NCBI GenBank assembly: GCA_964106915.2
Contig: OZ066920.1
Origin: Podarcis gaigeae
Taxonomy: Eukaryota
DNA: 64,000 bases
Strand: one strand, 5' to 3'
Position 1 is the first letter of the stretch; the number at the start of each line of letters is the position of its first letter. The position numbers and the translations under genes were made by a program. The notes under the pieces were generated by a model that had not been told where the DNA came from, searched no databases, and saw only the letters and a program-made list of their open reading frames with translations. Positions 49,360-63,148 of this stretch are shown here, piece by piece.

Positions 49360-52300
49360 GCTCCCCATTTGTGAAATGCCCTCCCCAGGGAGGTTTGCCT
49401 GGTGCCTTCATTATATATCTTTAGGCACCAGGAGAAAACATTCCTGTTCATCCAGGCCTTTGGCTGATTAACATTCTATGTCCTTTTAAATATGTTTGAG
49501 GCAGGCGGGGGAGGTTATGGGTTTGTTTTGTTCTTGTTTTTATTATGCATTTTGTGTTTTCTTTGCTGGGATCTTTGGATGAAGGGCAGTATACAGATTT
49601 AATAAATAATAATAAGTAAATGTTAGTGAGATGCTTCCAGATGAGTGTTTAACTGTGCTTCTCCTGCAAGCACATTTTTCACAGCATTCACACGGCATCG
49701 TTGCCATCAGACCGCCAAACATTTGATTCCAATATGTTAAGAAAAGAAGGCCTGTTGCCAATAACCTGTTTGCAATATCTCTAGAACCCATTTATAAAGT
49801 CAAGCCTCCGTCTGGAAGCACCCCAGGGTAAGATGTGTTTTGGTTTTTATTGTTACATTGCTGTTGCTGGCGGTTCGTAGTTCTTAACTGTTCAACTTGT
49901 GATTTGCGGGCTCTGGCTTATTCTGTTGTACATTTTGGAAGCCACCTTGGGTGGGCCTGGTGTAGAAAGGAATTTCTCCTGTAAAATCAATAATAGTCAC
50001 TGCAGCCTATCTCTAGCGCAATATGGAAACAAGGGTAGGCAAGGATTACAGGAACTAGCCGTGCAAAAGCTTATTTATCGGTGGTATATGCCATAAGTGT
50101 GTGCCAAACCCTAGGAGATTTTAAAACACCATTAAGATAGTAAACATTGCCAAGATAAGGATTATTATCTGGATGCAACACAGAGATTTTAATGATAATT
50201 AGAGCTTGCCTGGGGTGGGGTGGTGGAATAGAACAGTAGAGAAAGCTAGAGTACCATTTCATAATTTTGCAAAGCCTGTTTAAATTAATCCTGTAGTTTA
50301 TTAAATGTGCTTACTCTGGTAAAAATGCAGCACAGCTTTGGCAATGCTACTGAATATAAAGTTTCTTTCAGCGCTTTTGACTTTCCCTAACAGGTTCCTT
50401 TTCCAAGAGATTGTAAGCATAGAAAATGAAACTGGTTTGTGTACACTGAGGATGGATTAGCTGTGGCACACGCAGAGCTGTATATTTCTGCCAACATGCA
50501 TCCCAAATGGAATTTATTTTGAGTTATCGCAGGTGAAACACATTAGCTCCATCCGCCCCGGAGTCACTTGGAGCAGAGCATTTGTTAATTCATCTCACTT
50601 GGAGGGGTTGCCTGTAATGTCTTCCTAGGGGGTTCATTCATAAGCGCTATCATTACTAGGTATGCTGGAGCATTGCAGAAGGATATTTTCCCAACCAGAT
50701 TCAGTTTGTGTATGATTTATTTATTAGCGGGATTCCTATAGCCGTCCAGTAACAATAAAATCAAATTTAAAATATAGTAAACAATAAGCAGCCACAGTCC
50801 TTAAAATGGTCTAAACAACAACAAAGACAGCTGAACCAAACTGCCCCTTTCATTTTGTACTTCTAATGGTAGCTGTGAAGTGTTTATTAAAAATTGGACA
50901 TGAAAGGGCCGGACGCCCCTCTCTCAGGAGACCATCTGGGATCTCCAGTGGAAAGGGTCTTTTCTCACATCTCCAGCCAGCCAAACTGCCATTAGCAGAG
51001 GGGCAGCACGTTGACCTCAGAAACAGAGGGGAGTTCTCCAACTGTCTCTTATGCAAGGAGGCAAGTCCTGGGATTACTTGGTTCCAGGCAGCTAGAGCAA
51101 AAAAGCTGAAAAGTTGCACCAAAGTCTGAAAACTGGTAGCCAGTAAAGCTGCTATAAAACTGACATAACATGATCCCAGATAACAATCAGGCCAAAGCAT
51201 TCTGAACCAATAGAAGGCTGCAGACCGTTTTCAAAAGCAGCCCTAAATACAGTGCATTACAGCAATCCAACCTGAACAACTGTGGCCAAGTCTAACTTAT
51301 CCAGAAAAGGACAGTGCTGATGGTACAGGTGAAATTGATAACAGGCACCCCTGCCCACCAGAATAATGCATTCAGAAGCAGAGTTGGATTTAAATGTCTC
51401 TGGATCCCCTTGTTGCATCGGGGCAGTATAGACCTATTCAAGTGTGGTTAAATGCAAATCACCATGCTTCCTTTGCAGGTGCAAATTGGGGGCAGGATTT
51501 GGAGGACAGTAGTGCGACCCAAAAACAGTTTGCAGGGGAAAGGAGAGGCTCGTAAACTGAGAGGGAGCAAATTGCCTTTTCCGATTTCTTGTTAGAAGCT
51601 GGTGATTCTGACAATGGTTTTGGCAGTGGGAGAGATCCAGGCTTGTATCTCTAAGAAGAAGGGGTGGTGGAATGAAGTCCCATTCTGCCACTGGAGGTAG
51701 TCCCATTCCCTGAAATTTTGTGAATTCTTTTGTACGACCCTCCTTCTCCCTATTTCAGGAATCACTCCAAAATCTCCCTCCCTCCCTCCCAAATCTAGCA
51801 GACCCTAAAACAAGACAATAGGTGAACAGTCCCTATGCCCTATGCTGGGGGGGAAATACTTCTTTCTGCTAGGCATTATATGTATAGTGCTAACATTTTA
51901 ATGTCATATGGGAAGAAGCTCCTTTTGAAATTGGGACTCTTGAATATTAGCACTATCATTTCCTCCACATATCAGAATGTTTGGCATAGAAACATAGAGG
52001 AGGTGAGCTTTTCCTTCTCTACAACTGGTTTTTCTAACCTATAGGGAAAAAATGGGGTGAACCAATTAGAAGCTGTTACTCAGTTGGCTTCATTTTTGTT
52101 TTATCTGGCAGGAAGGAATAAACTTTCATGTGTGAAGTATTACTGTTTCATGTCTCTGTACACAATTAATTTTTTCCCCGGGAATTGGCTTCCACCCAAA
52201 GCTTTCATAAGGGGTCTTTATGCATTGCGCTTCATTCCTTTGCTGAATTTCAGATTTGAAAGTTCTTGGGGAGAGATTCCCCCCCCCAAAGAAAATGCTT

Positions 52301-53411
52301 TATTATCATATCCAGACCCTTGAAATATGCCAGCAATGCATAAATTTTTGTTGTTGGGTGTGTGTGTTTGTTTCTGCTCCTCAAACTTGTTTCTCCCTGC
52401 TAAGTTGTAAAGAGATGAATTCATCCTCAGCAATTTACTTTTCAAGAACTTTCTGTTTACATTTCAGCATCTGGCCCAGAACTATCCTTTATAAAAGTAT
52501 AACATTTGAATTATGCCCGTATTTAGAATAACACTCTGGACTTTTGTAAACTAGTCAAAGAGTTGGAACTTTATGACTACTGATTCCCAATTTACCTGCG
52601 ATCTTATTTTATCTACGCCATCCAACATCTGGCTTTGCTTTGAAATGTTACAAATGGGGCTTGTGTGCTTGCCCAGCGCATAATGTCACAGCACATAACA
52701 GAGAAGGAAACCCAAGAAAGTGCTGTTGCTAAACACGTATGGGCCCAAGAAGAAGCCTTTAGTGAAGTCTCTACAATGCTAACTTCTTTTCATATGGGTA
52801 AATGGGGATAAAAGGAGCACTTTTTATGCCAGTATCAATTTGCTGCAAAATTCTATATCTGCCTTGGTCGACAAATCTCTTACTCTGAAGCAAATGCACT
52901 GAACTGAATGAGGTTACTGAGACGCAAGGAACTTACGGAGACCATCCTTAGTGATTTGGGGTTGCAAAAGACTTTTGATACATTTTGCTTTCATGTGGTG
53001 GTTGCTGTTACTAGGGGAATTCAGTCTCGCGTGTGGCGTTCAGACCCTCTGACTCACGTACCTGGTCCTTCTTAGAATAATATCACATTATGGTTTGTTT
53101 GAAGTCTGGGATGGGGTGGGGGAGGCATGGAAAGTAAATAGCATAGGATATGTGTAACCACTTCCAAGGAGAATAAGCAAAACATCTAATATCCAAAAAG
53201 GGGTTCATTTATGGCAACTTCATTTTTGTTGGTAGTCCCAGATCCCATGAACATTTGGAATATATTTATGAATAGAATCTTAATATTCATGGGGCCTTGG
53301 GAGCATGCCAGAGCATCAAATAAAAAGTTCATGGGAAGTTAACTCTGGAGGGGAACTATAGCAGAATGTCAACAAGCCCACCACAAGGAATAATCCTAAC
53401 ACAGTACAACT

Positions 53412-53421
<10 letters not shown>

Positions 53422-53457
<36 letters not shown>
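53422..53457. repeat. (AT)n microsatellite
   Basis: Direct reading. Confidence 0.95.
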
Positions 53458-53460
<3 letters not shown>

Positions 53461-53861
53461 ATTATTTCAATCTTTAACCCTCCCCAAGCCAGTTTAAAAA
53501 TAAGCACTGTACAAATAAAAGTACCCTATCTATATAGTTTATTGCAACATGGTACTCATATGGTATGGTGCCCGTGAAAGATCTTGGTCAACATCCCCTC
53601 AAAAAATCCACTGTCTGCTCTTTCTACTTAATTTCTGTTTGCCCTGGTTCAGCTTCCCCTACACTGAGCACCCACCTTTGAATATGCCAACATTTCACTG
53701 GATTTCAAGACTGGACACTTGACTCTAAACAGAGAAGAAATGCAAAGAGCTTCCCTCTGTAAGCATCTGCCTAGGGGATAAAATGAAAGGCAGCCATCTG
53801 AAACAATTTATTTTGAATAGAAATGGTATCTTCCTTAGTCATTGCAGTGCCAAGGGGTGAG

Positions 53862-53888
53862 GTGTGTGTGTGTGTGTGTGTGTGTGTG
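53862..53888. repeat. (GT)n microsatellite
   Basis: Direct reading. Confidence 0.95.
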
Positions 53889-56289
53889 CGCACCCACCCA
53901 CCCACCCGTGTATTTTACCCATACATGATGGATAGCAATGGTAGCAGTAGGACCCTACTTAGCTGAAAGGGTTGCCTGGCTATTCTTTGCCCCTAACCAA
54001 AGCACTTCTGCTACTCAAGAACATTTACTCATGTCAGGATTATGGGAAAACAGATTCCATGCTTGTTCTGCTTCTCCTATCAGAAATACTGATCAACCAC
54101 CAGTATACAAAGGCCACTCAGTCTGTCAAGTGCAGTAAATCCTTAATTTCAAGACCGGCCTCGGCATGCCTTGGGAGTAGGAAATAATCGGTAATTTCTA
54201 AGTGACAATTTTTTATCTGCTCCTCAAGGTCAATATGAAAATGCTGCTCTGTTTTGATCAGGTGAGTTTTAAAGACTTCCTGACATGCCATGAATGTGAC
54301 AGAGCCGTCATTCACGAAGATGATACAGTTACCTGCTCAGAGGTGCAACGGCAAAGCTGACAGCCTGGCCTTTGTTATGGCTGACGTTAAAAGAAGGTCA
54401 GACTGAGGGGCTGCAGACAGACAGGTCAACTGGCAGCCTGGGATGGTGCCGAAGGTGCTTCCTTTCATTCAGAGCTGGAATCCAGCAGCTTGTAAATGCT
54501 CTTGATATTTCGTCTCTTGCGACTGGCTCTTTGCCTTTTGGTATTTAGCAGTTTGTTCCTGGCAAAAGATCAACATTAATTTGAATTTAGGGTGGTGGGA
54601 GTGGGGTGGCGAAGGAGGAGGAGGATGAATAAACCCCACAAGGGTTGTTTAGAGGAAATATACAAGTTGGCATTGTGTGTGTTGGTTCACTTGGGGTTCT
54701 AACTTTCGATAGGGAACAATGCATAAAGAGAAGCTGAGCTCTGCAGCAGAAACGCATCTCGCAATATGCAGACGATTAACTGCACAGTCTTCAGAAAGGA
54801 GCTTCATTGGGCATCTGGTGTTGTGGCCATTTTTAATCAAGGGGCACCGAAATTTCAGAATCTTGGAGAAATGTGGTGTCAAAAATAAATAACTCAGTGC
54901 ATCATCTTGTAAATTTGGAAAGGATTCCCCTTGCAACCTTGAATACTTTATGCGAGGGGTTGAATTCCACAATGAAATTCCAGCTGCCATCAACAAAAGA
55001 AAAGAAACATCCACCATCAACGCTGCTAATTGTGTCGGTATGTCAATGGTCAATGCACTATAGTGTTAGGCATGCTTTTCAGTTAAAAAACTGAAGCATC
55101 AGTTGCAAAGATTCACAAAGGATGAAGCTTCATATTCACAGGCTTACGCTAGTCTGTGGGGCCACATTTCATGTTTATGTACTTGATCCTGATTCAGCTG
55201 GGGTTATTGGCAATGCTTCTACTGCCTGCAGTTATAGATCTAGTCTAATTTACAGCATGCCATTACACGATCCACAGGATCATTTCACAGTGGCTGGTAG
55301 CCACCATTACAGCATCCCTGGGGCATGTGACGATGCTGAGGAATTTACCATTGGGCCACGCTAATGTGGGAGTTCTCTAGGTTGGAGCAACAATGAACTG
55401 TGAAGCTGATACTAATACATTATTGCTGCACAAAGAATCAGTGGGGATTAAGAAAGATTTTTTAAAAATTATTCCTGAAATCAAAAATTAAAAGCAAAAT
55501 ACAAAAACCTAAAACTTACATAGCAGCAATGAATTGCAGAGTTCATTACACCTTTCTTGTAGAGCAGTTGGGTAACAAGAACTTGTTGCCTCTGTTACAC
55601 AGCTGCTTCATGTATCATGTATTCATTCCTTTTTCGTAAGCCTTCCCCCATCAAAAATACCACACCTCCATCACAGTTTTTTTTGCACCAGCCGAAACAC
55701 TGTACTACTACCTTAGGTTTTTTCAGTGAAGGGTCGTACAGAGTGGTGCTCCAGGATTTGGCTGATAAACAACAGGCTTAATTGGTAAAATTCATTTTCC
55801 CTGCACCCCTCAGTTCTGGAAGAAAGCCAGAACTATGCAGATGGCAGAATGACAAAGTTTGGGGTTTCTTATTGAAGAATTAACTGAGGTGTATTTGATT
55901 TTGATTTAACTAAAAGCACAGATACAGTTCCAGAGCCATGCCATTGCATACACTTCATTTTTTAAAATAAACATTTTATTTCAAATGCTGGGTTTTCAAA
56001 ATGTATAGCTGCGGTTCTGAATTATTGTGGAACGTGAGGTTTAAAAGGGATGTTGAGCAGGAACCACATGAATCCTTTTCATGAAAGAAGTTGTCACAAA
56101 GCTATATTCTACCCGTTGCTGTTTTTGTAATTAAACACTTGCCAGACACCTTTCATGTTCCTTTGTAGGGCTGTGATTTAATCCTAAATATATGATGGTA
56201 TATGTTAGGACTGTCAGATATTGCACCTTATGTTTTTCTCCCCAATATTTAGAGATAAAAAATGACAATGCAATGCCTGATCATTTATT

Positions 56290-56793
56290 TGTCAGGGACT
56301 GGAGAGGGGACGAATGGAGGAGACCCCCTCCTCCCCATCCTGAACCTTCAAGGGAAGAGGAAGACAATATAGATTTACAACAGTGGTTTGCGGGAGGTCA
56401 CAGCTCAGAGCCAGATAAGGGGCAAAGTTGGGAAATAATGGAAGAAGAGAAGGGGGAGGCAAAGCCAGAGCAGCTGGCTGACACGTCATTACTAGAAAGC
56501 ATTCCAGACCCCCCTTCTCCCAGAACCCAATGAGCATTGAAAGTGGGAGAGCAAAGGGCCCAGAGACAATTTGCCCTAAGCGGCCACCATATGGTGGGTG
56601 GTGCTATTGACAATTGAGGAAAGAAGGGGGTGGAGATTACTTGGAGCAACACCATGACTTCAAAAGGCTGCATTTCTAAGCCTCTCTCTCTCTGAATATT
56701 GAATAAAAGACATTCTTAATAATTTTCCTTGTTGATCTATTCCTGGCAGCTTACCGTGCGGTGGGGGGAGATTGGATTCCCTGGTGCCTGACA
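56290..56793 (+). mobile_element. Solo LTR (504 bp), Gypsy/ERV-like
   Basis: TGTCAGG...CCTGACA termini; 5-bp TSD TTATT; AATAAA at 56702. Confidence 0.85.
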
Positions 56794-59365
56794 TTATTTC
56801 CTTGGACATCTGTAATTCTGCCACTCAGGATAATATAATCATACACTTTGTAAACATTGCCCATCTTTATAGGAAATCAAATGGCTTCCCTCCACCACCC
56901 ATCTCACTAGGAGCCTTGCTAGCACAACATAATGCATACCTGGTTATCCTCTTGTGAGCAGCTAAAAAAACCCCTGCATTTTACAGTGGAAGATCAAAGA
57001 TCTTCCGCCTTTAAAAAAATAAATGGCATTGCAATGGAGGGTGTTGGGCTGCTAATTTGATTGAGGAAATAGTGGGAGTGGCGCTGTTTTCATGATCTCA
57101 ATGCCTCACTCAATGCCACACAGAACCTGTATTTTCCCTGCTCTGCTATGAAAGCCTATTCCTATCTACACATAACCGAAACATGTATTTCTCAGTGCCC
57201 TGGTTCTCATGTCTGAGAGGGGTCAGAAATAAAGTTAATCAAGGAAAAGCATCACCCTCTCATCTGAATGACCTCAGTGTGTATTCTGATTGAGTTACAT
57301 AGAGGTAGAGTGCCAAACTATTCCTAATTAGGGATGTTGGACAATTCTGCGGGAAATGGAAACAGCAGTAGAAATTGCCAATGTTTGCATATTCACTCCA
57401 TGTCTGGAATGGCATACCCTCCAACATTTCTCTGATGAAAATAGGGGCATCCTATTCCCTGATAATAGTTTTATTATTTATACAATGCCAATCTGGCTGG
57501 GTTGCCCCAGCCACTCTGAGCAGCTTCCAAAATATATAAAAACATAATAAAACATTAAATATGAAAGGAAAAAAAAACACTTCCCTGTAGAGGGCTGCCT
57601 TCAGATGTCTTCTAAAGGTTGTAGAGTTACATATCTCTTTGGCTTGGAGGTGGGGGTCGCATAACTCAATACCCTCCAACATTTCTCCGATGAAAATAGG
57701 GATAATAGGGGCAGCATAACTAACTGGGCATCCTCTGAAGATCTACGTGAACAACAGCATGGTTGATATGGAAGAAGATAGCAGAGAAATAAAACATAGA
57801 ACCTCTGTCATAAATAAACTGCTTTGAGACCACCTTTAAGAATTCATTCAGATCTTGAAAAAATATATAGCCTTCCTTGAGCAGTTGCTCCTCTCCATCT
57901 TATAGCTCTCAGGCATATCAGGTGCTATCTGGCCCCTTTGTGCTTTTGTGGGAAAGCAAGCTCATGGAGAAATCTACGTTGCCGTCTTTTCTGTTTCTTA
58001 TCTGCTGCTATTGGAATTAGTGCAAGCCAATTCTATGGCTAAACAGAGAACGAAAGATATAGATGGACAAGCGATACATGTGCTAGCTAATGGGCCATGT
58101 ACTTCAAAGTTATTGGGCCTGACTTGGTCTCCTATTATGTTGGTACTGTACCATCCAAGAGCACAAAAGTGTGTGTGAGTGTGTAGTCAGTAGCTGGTAC
58201 ATGTGGTTTGGTGGAGCTACGGAGTTTCCCTTCCAATGCCAGCATTGTTGCTGCTTGCCTGGACAGGCCTGGGCTGAACGTAACGCCAACAGGAACACTG
58301 CTGCCAATTCAGTGCTCTTGTCAGTGCAACTGTTTGGCCTCATCCTCCCTGCCCAGTCTACTCATGCAGCAGTGAGGACAGCGTCAGAAGCGCACCGCTA
58401 CTGCGGGCACAGGGCCAGCTCAAGACATTTTGACACCTGAAGCAAACCACAAAATGGTGTCCTCTTCCCCTTGCCGATGAAGAGGAGGGGAATGAAGATC
58501 TACATTGGGAATAAGGGTGTGCAGACACCAAGTGGTTGCTGCAGTGAATGCATTGTGTGGACAGATTTGATTTCCAAGGACTGAACCACAGCTCTTGTTG
58601 CCACTGCATTAGCAGCAGTGGGCAATGCATTCCTTGGAGGCTGGATCTGCTGCCCCTGTGGATCCTGCTTCCTGAGGCAGTTGCCTCACCGTGCCTCATG
58701 GGTGGGCCAGAGGGGTCTCATATTCCTTAACTGCATGCTCCTGGAATAGGGCTATGGCCTCTAGTTCCACCTCCAGTTATTTGCATCCTTCACTTCAATG
58801 CCTGCGTGTTGAGTGCAATCATCTGAAAGGAGCTGGCTAAGCAGGAGTAGATGCCGACATGTGCTGTCTAGATTGCCTGAAGTGTCTACACATGACCCAC
58901 TGCTTATGCATAAACAGCTGTTTTCAGATGTCAATATTTAATGTACAGAAGTTGGGGAGAGGGGGCATGCAGACTTGGGAGCAAGGCTGGATTGTGCACC
59001 CTATTCTGGGTATGAGCACCAACTTGGTAGGGACCAGCAAGGTGGGGAGGGTTTGAGTGGTGTTGCTTACCTGGCTTCTCAATAGGGGGGGATGTCTTTG
59101 CAGGCGATCAAGAAGGGAAGGACAAGGCAGTGTTGGCACAGTGTGGGTGTAGCAATGGAACTAACACAATGCTCCCTCCACTGTTCCTGTATTGTTCTTA
59201 TCTCCTTGCTGTTTCACAAGCACCCCTTTCTTTCTCTGTTATTGGCAGCAACCTCAGCATTAGGAAGCCAGGCAGGCAACATGGTTCCACCTTGCTCTGA
59301 AACTGCCAGCTGCTCGTACCCTAACTTCTGAATATGACTTGTGATGGGGAAGGTCTTCCAAAGCA

Positions 59366-59755
59366 GGGAGGCGGGTGGTGCTGTGGTCTAAACCACTGAG
59401 CCTCTTGGGCTTGCCGACTGGAAGGTTGGCAGTTTGAATCCACGCGATGGGGTGATTTCCCATTGCTTTGTCCCAGCTTCTGCCAACCTAGAAGTTCGAA
59501 AGCATACCAGTGCAAGTAGATAAATAGGTACCGCTGTGGTGGGAAGGTAAACACCTTCGGTGTTTCGGTGTGCTCTGGCTTCTGTCACGGTGTTCTGTTG
59601 CACCAGAAGTGGTTTAGTCATGCTGGCCACATGACCTGGAAAGTTGTCTGTGGATAAACATCAGTTCCCTCAGCCTGAAAAGCGAGATGAGAGCCGCACC
59701 CCATAGTCGCCTTTGACTGGACCTAACTGTCCAGGGGTCCTTTACCTTTCCTTAC
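59366..59755 (+). mobile_element. Sauria SINE, third subfamily, 11-bp TSD
   Basis: TSD cttccaaagca at 59355-59365 and 59756-59766; distinct ccatagtcgcctttgactgg 3' region and longer body. Confidence 0.9.
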
Positions 59756-61074
59756 CTTCCAAAGCATGCAGCAAGTGCCTGAGGCCCAGTCCAAGCAATG
59801 CCCTTGGTTAATATGCTGCTTCTGTTTTCTCCCCTACAGATGAAAGTTGGTACTAGATAATGAGGTCTTAATTCGTCTACAGTGTCCTCCTTTGGAATCT
59901 AGACAAATATAGAATTTCCTTCATTCATCCCATTGCTTGACTGCTCACACCTGCAGCATATGAATGCATCATTAGAAAAGAATGAAGGCCTGGAAGGAAA
60001 CAGCACAATAGCACTGGACAAATATGGGACAAACCTCAAACCTGTCAACTATCGCAATAAGGAGCAACGGAGGAGACATAAGTTAGCTAGAGTCATAAAG
60101 GGTGCTGAGTTAGGAATCCCTGTATTAGCTTGGATTTCAGCCCAGTCAATCAAGAAGAGGAAGTCCTTGGGGACTAATCAGGCCTCATCATGATTATATA
60201 ACAGGTCTAGCCAACATAAAAACTCTGTTCAACACTTATTTTTAATCTAAGATTTCCCATTCATCTTTTCTAATAATTAGGCTAGTCTACAAGAAGTCCA
60301 CTTCAAATTACTAATTTGATCTTCTCAAAATGGCTTATTAATCTTCCCGGAAGCAAGTCTACCTTCATTTGCGGTTAATGAAAGATTTCCTTTCCGTACC
60401 CTGTCAATCAAAAGCTGAGGTGAAGATGTACCCAGAAGTGTTGCTCAGGATACCAGCTGTCAAAGAGTTCTAAGGGATTACATGTAGGTAACAGCAGTAT
60501 TATTGTTTCCAATGGTGCTAATAAATCAGCGAGCCGTCCTCTGCTTCGGACTCTGGTGTGAACCTTCATGATCTGAAACACCTGCAAACACCACCAGGCA
60601 CTGGAGGAAAGGAACTTTTTAGTCCTAGGATTGTACTGACAATTTCTCATTTAAATTTAGGTCTGTCAATACTGGTGCTTTGCCTAAAAGTTCTCCCACA
60701 TTTTTTCAACCATTCTGCAGCAATTAAAATGAGGGGGGAAAATGTATCCAAAAATTATCAAAAAGGAAAGGGAAATTTAGAGAAATTCTCATGGCACAAG
60801 TGTGAGGTGTTTTTTTCCTCCTGTAACACTTAACTTACTTTCAAGGTTTGTAAGTGTCCTTTCATGCATTCTGCAAATTGGCTCTCCAGTGATCTGCACT
60901 CTGCAGACTTAGAGCGTGAGACTCTTACTTTCAGGCTTGTGGGTTCAAGCCCCACATTGGGCAAAAGATTCCTGAATTGCAGGGGGTGGGAGTCTATGCC
61001 TTCCCCAAAACTGCATGACACCCTCAGCTAGGATTTATTGTAAGCATGGGAAGATGGGGAGATTGTGTACTCTG

Positions 61075-61232
61075 CAGTGGCGTAGCGTGGGTTGTCAGCA
61101 AGGCAAGTAATTTGTGCCCCCTAACCTGTGGATTTGCGCCCCCAACCTGTGGATTTGTGCCCCCTAACCCTAACCCCCAGATGTTGCGCCCGGTGCGGCC
61201 GGCCCCCCCTGCACCCCCATGCTACTCCACTG
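61075..61232. mobile_element. hAT-type MITE with 8-bp TSD
   Basis: TIRs cagtggcgtagc / gctactccactg; TSD gtactctg / gtactgtg. Confidence 0.82.
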
Positions 61233-62506
61233 GTACTGTGTGCCTGACAGCTGATTTCAGCTGTCTTTCATTGCTTATAAATAAAGCAACGTGGAAACAT
61301 CTTTTAAATAGGCAAAAGGGAAGAGCTTCCTTTAAAAACAAAATCAGTGAATGCACTGATTTCAAGTGCTCCACAGCAGTCTCCCCACCTTCCCACACTG
61401 GACAAAATTACAGAGCCATTCTAAAGTGTGCTGAGAAAGGGGCAGAAAAATTGTATCTTTAAGGGATTTTGCAGATTACATTTACTTTCTCCACAGACAA
61501 CCACCACGGGAGAAAAACACAGATGTGTACACCATTGTTCATGAAACCAACGAACAGCATCTCTTTTACCGCAGTTGTGTGTTTTAGGAAGTCATTCTGT
61601 GCAAGTCTCTTCACTCATGCAAGCTTTGGTTACCTTGTGTTCTGGGAGGGTTAAACAGATGTGCCCAATAGTGGGGTCATTGTTGTTATTTTTAAACATT
61701 GGCTTTAAAAGAACCTCCTTGCAATCTGCAGTTGTCTTGTTGAAAAGAAACTGGCTGTAAAAAAAGCATCTGCTATATTGTCCCGTAAGGTCCATGAATC
61801 TGCACCACTAAAGTGTATCAAGTTATCCCCCGTTTGATAGACAATCAGTATACCTGAGAGCTAGCCTTTTCTGACAAGGTTATTTCATCTGATAGAGTAT
61901 CAAATGGCTTGTTGATTATTCTGACTTCAAAGGCCACTGGCGCTGATATCTTCAAGGTGGTCTGTAATGCTCAGAGTGTTGAAGCCACCTGTCAATGTGG
62001 CTGCAAAATTAAAGAGAATCTGTTGGGAAATGAAGGGTAAACTTCCTCTCTTTCAGATTAGCTTGATTAGCCTTGAACAATTTAACTTCTACAAGTCAGG
62101 CTTGCTACGATGGGAAAAAGTAGACCTAACATCTTGCTTGAAAGAAGAAGGGTGTGTGGACCTATACAGTTTTTAGGTGGGGGAACTTTTCCCCATTCCT
62201 GATTCATTGTTTGGGATGGAAAGTACTCAGCCTATTATGCCTTCCTGATTTTAAGCAATGCATGGGATCATTGCATGAGTTTTCAAATAAAAAAACAAAA
62301 GTATAATTTCAATGTCACTGTGTTCATTGCTAATCTGAAAAAATACGTTTGATAAAAAAGCTCATTGGCCACAAGCTGCAGGAAATGTCTACAAAAAGAA
62401 ATATGATTGAAATGAATAGTATTTTGACAACATGCACTCCTACTAGCTCCTTCTTAATGTTCAGTAATGCTCATGCAGGGAAGGCTTGTATTTTGTCTCT
62501 TGAATG

Positions 62507-62508
<2 letters not shown>

Positions 62509-62539
<31 letters not shown>
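62509..62539. repeat. (AC)n microsatellite
   Basis: Direct reading. Confidence 0.95.
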
Positions 62540-62542
<3 letters not shown>

Positions 62543-63098
62543 CAGGGGGAAGAATCTTATTCACTGGCTTATTAAATAGAGCATAACGGGACAATGCCTT
62601 CCTTGGAGTGTGTGTGCATGAATATGCACATGAAGCTCACTGCACATGACAGGGGGGGGGGGACTGCTGATACACAGATTTCTTCCACAGCACTTCTTCA
62701 TCTCCAAAGGAAGAATCTGTTTCTTAATTCTTCTCTTTGATCCGCCCCAATAAAGACATCTGCAAAAAACCCAACAAAAACAAAAGTATTTCAGGAGGAG
62801 GTAATTAATCCAGTGTCTTTCCTTGTCTGAAGATCCTTTCTTTCAAGTCACACCCCTTTCCCCTGCTCCCCAATTCCATTTTTGGGCACCCCCTCACAAT
62901 CAACATGAGAGGTAAACCACTTGCTTAAGGCCACATAAGATCTGTACTGGATCAGGCCAGAGGCCCCTCTAATCCGACGTCCCTTCTCATACTGGCTAAC
63001 CACCTGCCTAGGAGGGCAACAGCAACTTCCCCACTTGAGAACTCCAGCAACACAAAACCACTTTGAGGTTTTTTTCAATTAAGCGGTATATACAATTT

Positions 63099-63148
63099 AA
63101 CAAACAAACAAACAAACAAACAAACAAACAAACAAACAAACAAACAAA
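63099..63148. repeat. (AAAC)n microsatellite, followed by (AAT)n at ~63187-63212
   Basis: Direct reading. Confidence 0.95.

Noticed and set aside
56192-56533. 113-aa acidic ORF
   Set aside because: Straddles the boundary of a solo LTR; not a host gene.
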